Shown here: piece after piece, positions 58,129-64,000 of the stretch
Position numbering within the stretch: the first letter of the stretch is position 1
How the letters are laid out: every line of letters begins with the position of its first letter
Assembly (NCBI GenBank): GCA_947426945.1
Contig: CANEFX010000001.1
Span: 13,238 to 77,237, forward strand
Reading direction: 5' to 3'
DNA: 64,000 nucleotides
DNA from: an uncultured Bacillota bacterium
Lineage (GTDB): Bacteria; Bacillota; Clostridia; Oscillospirales; Oscillospiraceae
Translations under genes and position numbers: made by a program
The notes under the pieces: model-generated
Databases searched by the model: none
What the model was told of the DNA's origin: nothing
What the model saw: only the letters and a program-made list of their open reading frames with translations

Positions 58129-58911
58129 ATGGCGAGCAGCCCTGATTTTGTCAACTATATCTGCGAGCAGCTGGAGGGCCTGGGGGCGGTGCGCTCCCGA
58201 AAGATGTTCGGGGAGTATATGGTCTATCTCAACGACAAGCCGGTGATCATCATCTGCGACGACCGGCCTATGGTAAAGATGCTGCCCTGCCTGGAGGTGC
58301 TTTTGAAGGGCCGTCCCACCGAGCCGCCCTATGAGGGGGCCAAGGACCACTACCTGCTGGACCCGGACGACCGGGATACCCTCCGGGAGGCTGTCCGGCT
58401 GGCCGAGGAGGTTATCCCCCTGCCCAAGAAGAAGGCCCCGAAAAAGAAGGAGCCCGCCAAGGCGGAGGGCCCGGTTCCTTGGGACGTCGCCTGGCCCCAG
58501 CAGATGAGGCCGAGCCTGTCCGATATCGGGGCCTGGGTGAACAACCCCCTCCTGGAGGAGCTCGCGGACTGGATGAAGGAGACATATCAGGTGGAGCCCT
58601 CCATCGAGTTCAGCAAGTGCTCCCTGGATAAGGGGTGGAATATCAAATATAAGAAGGGGAGCAAGTCCCTGTGCGTGCTGTATGTCCGGTCCGGGTCCTT
58701 TGCCGCCATGGTGACCCTGGGGGCAAAACAGCTGCTGGAGCTGGAGCCTCTTTTGCCTACCTTCTCCGCAGCTTTCCGCAAAATGTATCAAAATACCTCC
58801 CTGTTCAACGGCGGCAAATGGCTGACAGTGGATGTGAAAAAGCCGAAGCAGCTGGAGGAGGTCCAGAGGCTGATTCTGATGAAGGCGAAGCCGGTGAAAA
58901 ACAGGCCTTGA
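58129..58911 (+). CDS. TfoX N-terminal domain protein fused to a DUF3788-like domain
   Basis: The N-terminus FVNYICEQLEGLGAVRSRKMFGEYMVYLNDKPV is TfoX_N-like. A Lys/Pro-rich linker follows. The C-terminal ~130 aa resemble DUF3788. Confidence 0.65.
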   Translation: MASSPDFVNYICEQLEGLGAVRSRKMFGEYMVYLNDKPVIIICDDRPMVKMLPCLEVLLKGRPTEPPYEGAKDHYLLDPDDRDTLREAVRLAEEVIPLPKKKAPKKKEPAKAEGPVPWDVAWPQQMRPSLSDIGAWVNNPLLEELADWMKETYQVEPSIEFSKCSLDKGWNIKYKKGSKSLCVLYVRSGSFAAMVTLGAKQLLELEPLLPTFSAAFRKMYQNTSLFNGGKWLTVDVKKPKQLEEVQRLILMKAKPVKNRP

Positions 58912-58939
58912 CATTAAAAATTTATTCCGTTAGGCTGTA

Positions 58940-58959
58940 GGGGCGGCCTGTGGCCGCCC
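58940..58959. repeat. GC-rich palindromic element, copy 2
   Basis: GGGGCGGCC-TGT-GGCCGCCC, identical core to 19437-19457. Intergenic. Confidence 0.7.
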
Positions 58960-58978
58960 GTCTGGGAGGCGCAGCATT

Positions 58979-59341
58979 ATGGCGTTCATGGCTCTGTTCG
59001 GCTGGATATTTCTCCTGATGATTCCGGCCTTTTATATCGGTATGGCCCTGGAGGCGGTCCTGGCCTGGGCCGCGGCCCACGTCCTTCTGGTCAATGTGAT
59101 GCTGGTCCTTCTGCTGGCGCCGAATGGGCTGATCCTTTGGGTCCTGCTGAAAATCCGGGCAAAATGGAAGCGGGAAGGGAAGCTGAAGGCGTCCTATGCC
59201 AGGCGGGACCCGACTTTGAAAGGTTTTTTGGGACGTTTCACCCTGTTTTGCGGGCTGGCCTGGGAGTTTTTTGCCGTCATTGCCTTTCTGGCCCTTTTGA
59301 TTTTTCAGCCTATCCCCCGTTTGGCGGGTATGCTGCTGTAA
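58979..59341 (+). CDS. Hypothetical membrane protein (120 aa)
   Basis: Three to four predicted TM helices. No family recognised. Confidence 0.5.
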   Translation: MAFMALFGWIFLLMIPAFYIGMALEAVLAWAAAHVLLVNVMLVLLLAPNGLILWVLLKIRAKWKREGKLKASYARRDPTLKGFLGRFTLFCGLAWEFFAVIAFLALLIFQPIPRLAGMLL

Positions 59342-59374
59342 ACTCGATATTTGCGTACAAGGAGAACAACTGTT

Positions 59375-62200
<2,826 letters not shown>

Positions 62201-62205
62201 AACCC

Positions 62206-62433
62206 TTACCCCGCCCGCGCCCACCGGGCCAGCCTTATTCCAAGGCGAAAGCCGTGGGTGAAGGAGAGAAAATTGCTGGTTTCCAGCAGATGAAACACGG
62301 CGGCGGGCATATCGCCCCCTTCCCAAAGGGCCTCCGCCTGTGTATAATAGGCTCGGTACTCCGGGTCATTGTCGAAATCCAGGCCGGATTTGCCGATTTC
62401 CTGGAGGTAAAGCGCTTTGAGTTTTTCTTTCAT
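62206..62433 (-). CDS. Hypothetical small protein (75 aa)
   Basis: Start at MKEKLKALY... Divergent from an XRE-family gene. No family recognised. Confidence 0.45.
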   Translation of the reverse strand: MKEKLKALYLQEIGKSGLDFDNDPEYRAYYTQAEALWEGGDMPAAVFHLLETSNFLSFTHGFRLGIRLARWARAG

Positions 62434-62444
62434 GATAGCACCAC

Positions 62445-62494
62445 ACACGTTATTTAATGATGGGCTTATTATAGCACAAACTTTTATAACGTGT
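62445..62494. promoter_or_regulatory. 9-bp inverted repeat ACACGTTAT ... ATAACGTGT (candidate XRE operator pair)
   Basis: Perfect reverse-complement arms at 62445-62453 and 62486-62494, in the AT-rich divergent intergenic region. Confidence 0.4.
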
Positions 62495-62514
62495 CAAGAG
62501 GAGAAGCGAAAAAA

Positions 62515-62739
62515 ATGAGGATTGTTTTGCCTGGTTTTGCGGAGCGTGTCAAACCGCTGAGAAAAGCGAAAAAAGTCACGCAAAAGCAAATGGCCGAATT
62601 GCTGAACTGCACAGAGCAGCATTATCAAAAAATCGAGTACGGAAATGTAAATGTCCCCGCCACAACGGTGATTTTCCTGGCCGATTACTTCGGCGTGTCC
62701 GCAGACTATCTGCTGGGACGGACAGAGAAAGAGGGTTAG
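62515..62739 (+). CDS. XRE family helix-turn-helix transcriptional regulator
   Basis: 74 aa. ...LRKAKKVTQKQMAELLNCTEQHYQKIEYG... is an HTH_3 pattern. GAGGAG RBS. Confidence 0.85.
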   Translation: MRIVLPGFAERVKPLRKAKKVTQKQMAELLNCTEQHYQKIEYGNVNVPATTVIFLADYFGVSADYLLGRTEKEG

Positions 62740-62748
62740 GAGACTGCT

Positions 62749-63246
62749 ATGGAGCTTTTTCAATGGTTGACGGCCACGACGGCGGGCAAGTGCCTGTTTA
62801 CCATGCTGGTGTCTATGATTCCGATCATCGAGCTGCGGGGCGGCCTGCCATTCGGAGTGGCTCTGGGGCTGCCCTACTACCTGGCCTTTCCGGCGGCAGT
62901 GATCGGAAACCTGATCCCTGCCCCCTTCATCATCGTGTACATCCGGCGTATTTTTGAGCTGATGCGGAAATATCTGCCCAGCCTTAACGGCCTGGTGGAC
63001 AAGCTGGAGAGAAAGGCCCATCTCAAGGGCCAGAAGGTGCAGAAGTATCAGTATCTGGGCCTTTGGCTCTTTGTGGCTATCCCCCTGCCGGGGACAGGGG
63101 CCTGGACCGGCTCTCTGGCGGCGGCATTTTTGGGAATGCGGCTGAAAAAAGCCATGCCCGCCGTGGTGCTGGGGGTTCTCACCGCCGGGTGCATCATGCT
63201 GGGGCTGACCCACGTGGGAGTCAACCTGTTCTCAGGGGCAATTTGA
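62749..63246 (+). CDS. Small multidrug export protein family (COG2426) membrane protein
   Basis: ...MIPIIELRGGLPFGVALGLP... and ...PLPGTGAWTGSLAA... are family signatures. Confidence 0.75.
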   Translation: MELFQWLTATTAGKCLFTMLVSMIPIIELRGGLPFGVALGLPYYLAFPAAVIGNLIPAPFIIVYIRRIFELMRKYLPSLNGLVDKLERKAHLKGQKVQKYQYLGLWLFVAIPLPGTGAWTGSLAAAFLGMRLKKAMPAVVLGVLTAGCIMLGLTHVGVNLFSGAI

Positions 63247-63283
63247 CCCTCAGCTGCATAGAATACCCCGGAGGTGTTGCCAA

Positions 63284-63616
63284 GTGGGTGCGTTCTGGGA
63301 TATTCTGCTGGCTGCGGCCTGTGCGCTCGGTCTGGCCTTTGTGGGCTGGTGGCTGTTCGGACTGTTGCTGCGTCCCCTGCCGGGGCGGGAGGCCAGGGTG
63401 GTCGTTACCGGCCGGGGCGGGGGAGAGGAGCTGGAGCAGACGATCCGGTCCTTTCTCTGGCTGCGGGGGCTGGGACTGCTGCGCTGCCCTGTCGTCATTG
63501 CCGACGCGGGCCTTACCCCAGCCGGCTGGGAGCTGGCTCTGCGCCTCACCGCCCGCTGGCCCGAGGTGATCCTGTGGCCCGCGTCCGATTTAGGAGATTA
63601 TATCGCGAGAGCATAA
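63284..63616 (+). CDS. Hypothetical protein with N-terminal TM helix (110 aa)
   Basis: GTG start after GGAGGTG. No family recognised. Confidence 0.45.
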   Translation: MGAFWDILLAAACALGLAFVGWWLFGLLLRPLPGREARVVVTGRGGGEELEQTIRSFLWLRGLGLLRCPVVIADAGLTPAGWELALRLTARWPEVILWPASDLGDYIARA

Positions 63617-63618
63617 TC

Positions 63619-63639
63619 GGGCGGCCGCAGGCCGCCCCC
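63619..63639. repeat. GC-rich palindromic element, copy 3 (GGGCGGCC-GCA-GGCCGCCCCC)
   Basis: Same 8-bp arms as copies 1 and 2 with a different loop triplet. Intergenic. Confidence 0.6.
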
Positions 63640-63763
63640 AAAGCGCGACCCAGCGCAGCGGCCGTGCTTTGGAGAGGAGGAGCAAGGGAGCGCAATAAGG
63701 AATGCCAGCTTGCGGGCGTTCCCAATGGAGCGGACTTTGCGACGATGAAAGGAGATGGTGCCC

Positions 63764-64000
63764 ATGACAGAGCAGGAACTGGAGCTGCTGGAGGGCTCCG
63801 TCTCCACTGTTATTTTCCAGAACGAGGAGAACGGCTATGCCATTCTCAAGCTGGACGTCCGTGGGGAAGAGGTTACAGTGGTGGGGCCCATGGCCGGAGT
63901 GGCCCCGGGGGAGTATCTGTCTGTCCGGGGCCGCTGGACCCGGCACCCCACCTACGGCCCGCAGATGAAGGCGGAGGCGGTGGAGCGCCGCCTGCCCCAG
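63764..64000 (+). CDS. recD2: RecD2-like SF1B ATP-dependent DNA helicase, N-terminal fragment (runs off the window)
   Basis: AAAGGAG RBS. MTEQELELLEGSVSTVIFQNEENGYAILKL......V.G......GE.L...G.W..H..YG.Q is the typical RecD2 N-terminal OB-like domain. Confidence 0.75.
   Translation, partial: MTEQELELLEGSVSTVIFQNEENGYAILKLDVRGEEVTVVGPMAGVAPGEYLSVRGRWTRHPTYGPQMKAEAVERRLPQ

Overview
GC-rich chromosomal segment (G/C-ending codons almost throughout) from a spore-forming Clostridia-type Firmicute. Lineage markers are the spoIIAA-spoIIAB-sigF operon, CIRCE/HrcA operators, a T-box leader and a Cheo-type LexA box. It holds about 55 protein genes, mostly core functions: glgP, guaA, argS, ppdK, hsp20, clpB, prmA, pyrE, radC, uvrB/uvrA and recD2 (cut by the window end), plus transporters and regulators. 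Noteworthy content: (i) a sharply AT-rich single-gene island between guaA and sigF that encodes a fused nuclease-like / N6-adenine methyltransferase / HsdS-TRD polypeptide (Type IIG/IIB-like R-M). (ii) An 874-aa EF-G/TetM-like translational GTPase fused in frame to a YacP/Rae1-type NYN endoribonuclease domain. (iii) A ~445-nt promoter-to-terminator non-coding unit of no class I can recognise, between a two-component system and hsp20. (iv) A T-box leader (probable Phe specifier) in front of yerC-iorAB, with paaK-ACT nearby. (v) Short GC-rich palindromic repeat copies. I saw no rRNA, tRNA, CRISPR array, transposase or integrase. The many long ORFs antisense to real genes in the supplied track are GC-driven artefacts. 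All family assignments come from motif recognition by eye; no searches were run.
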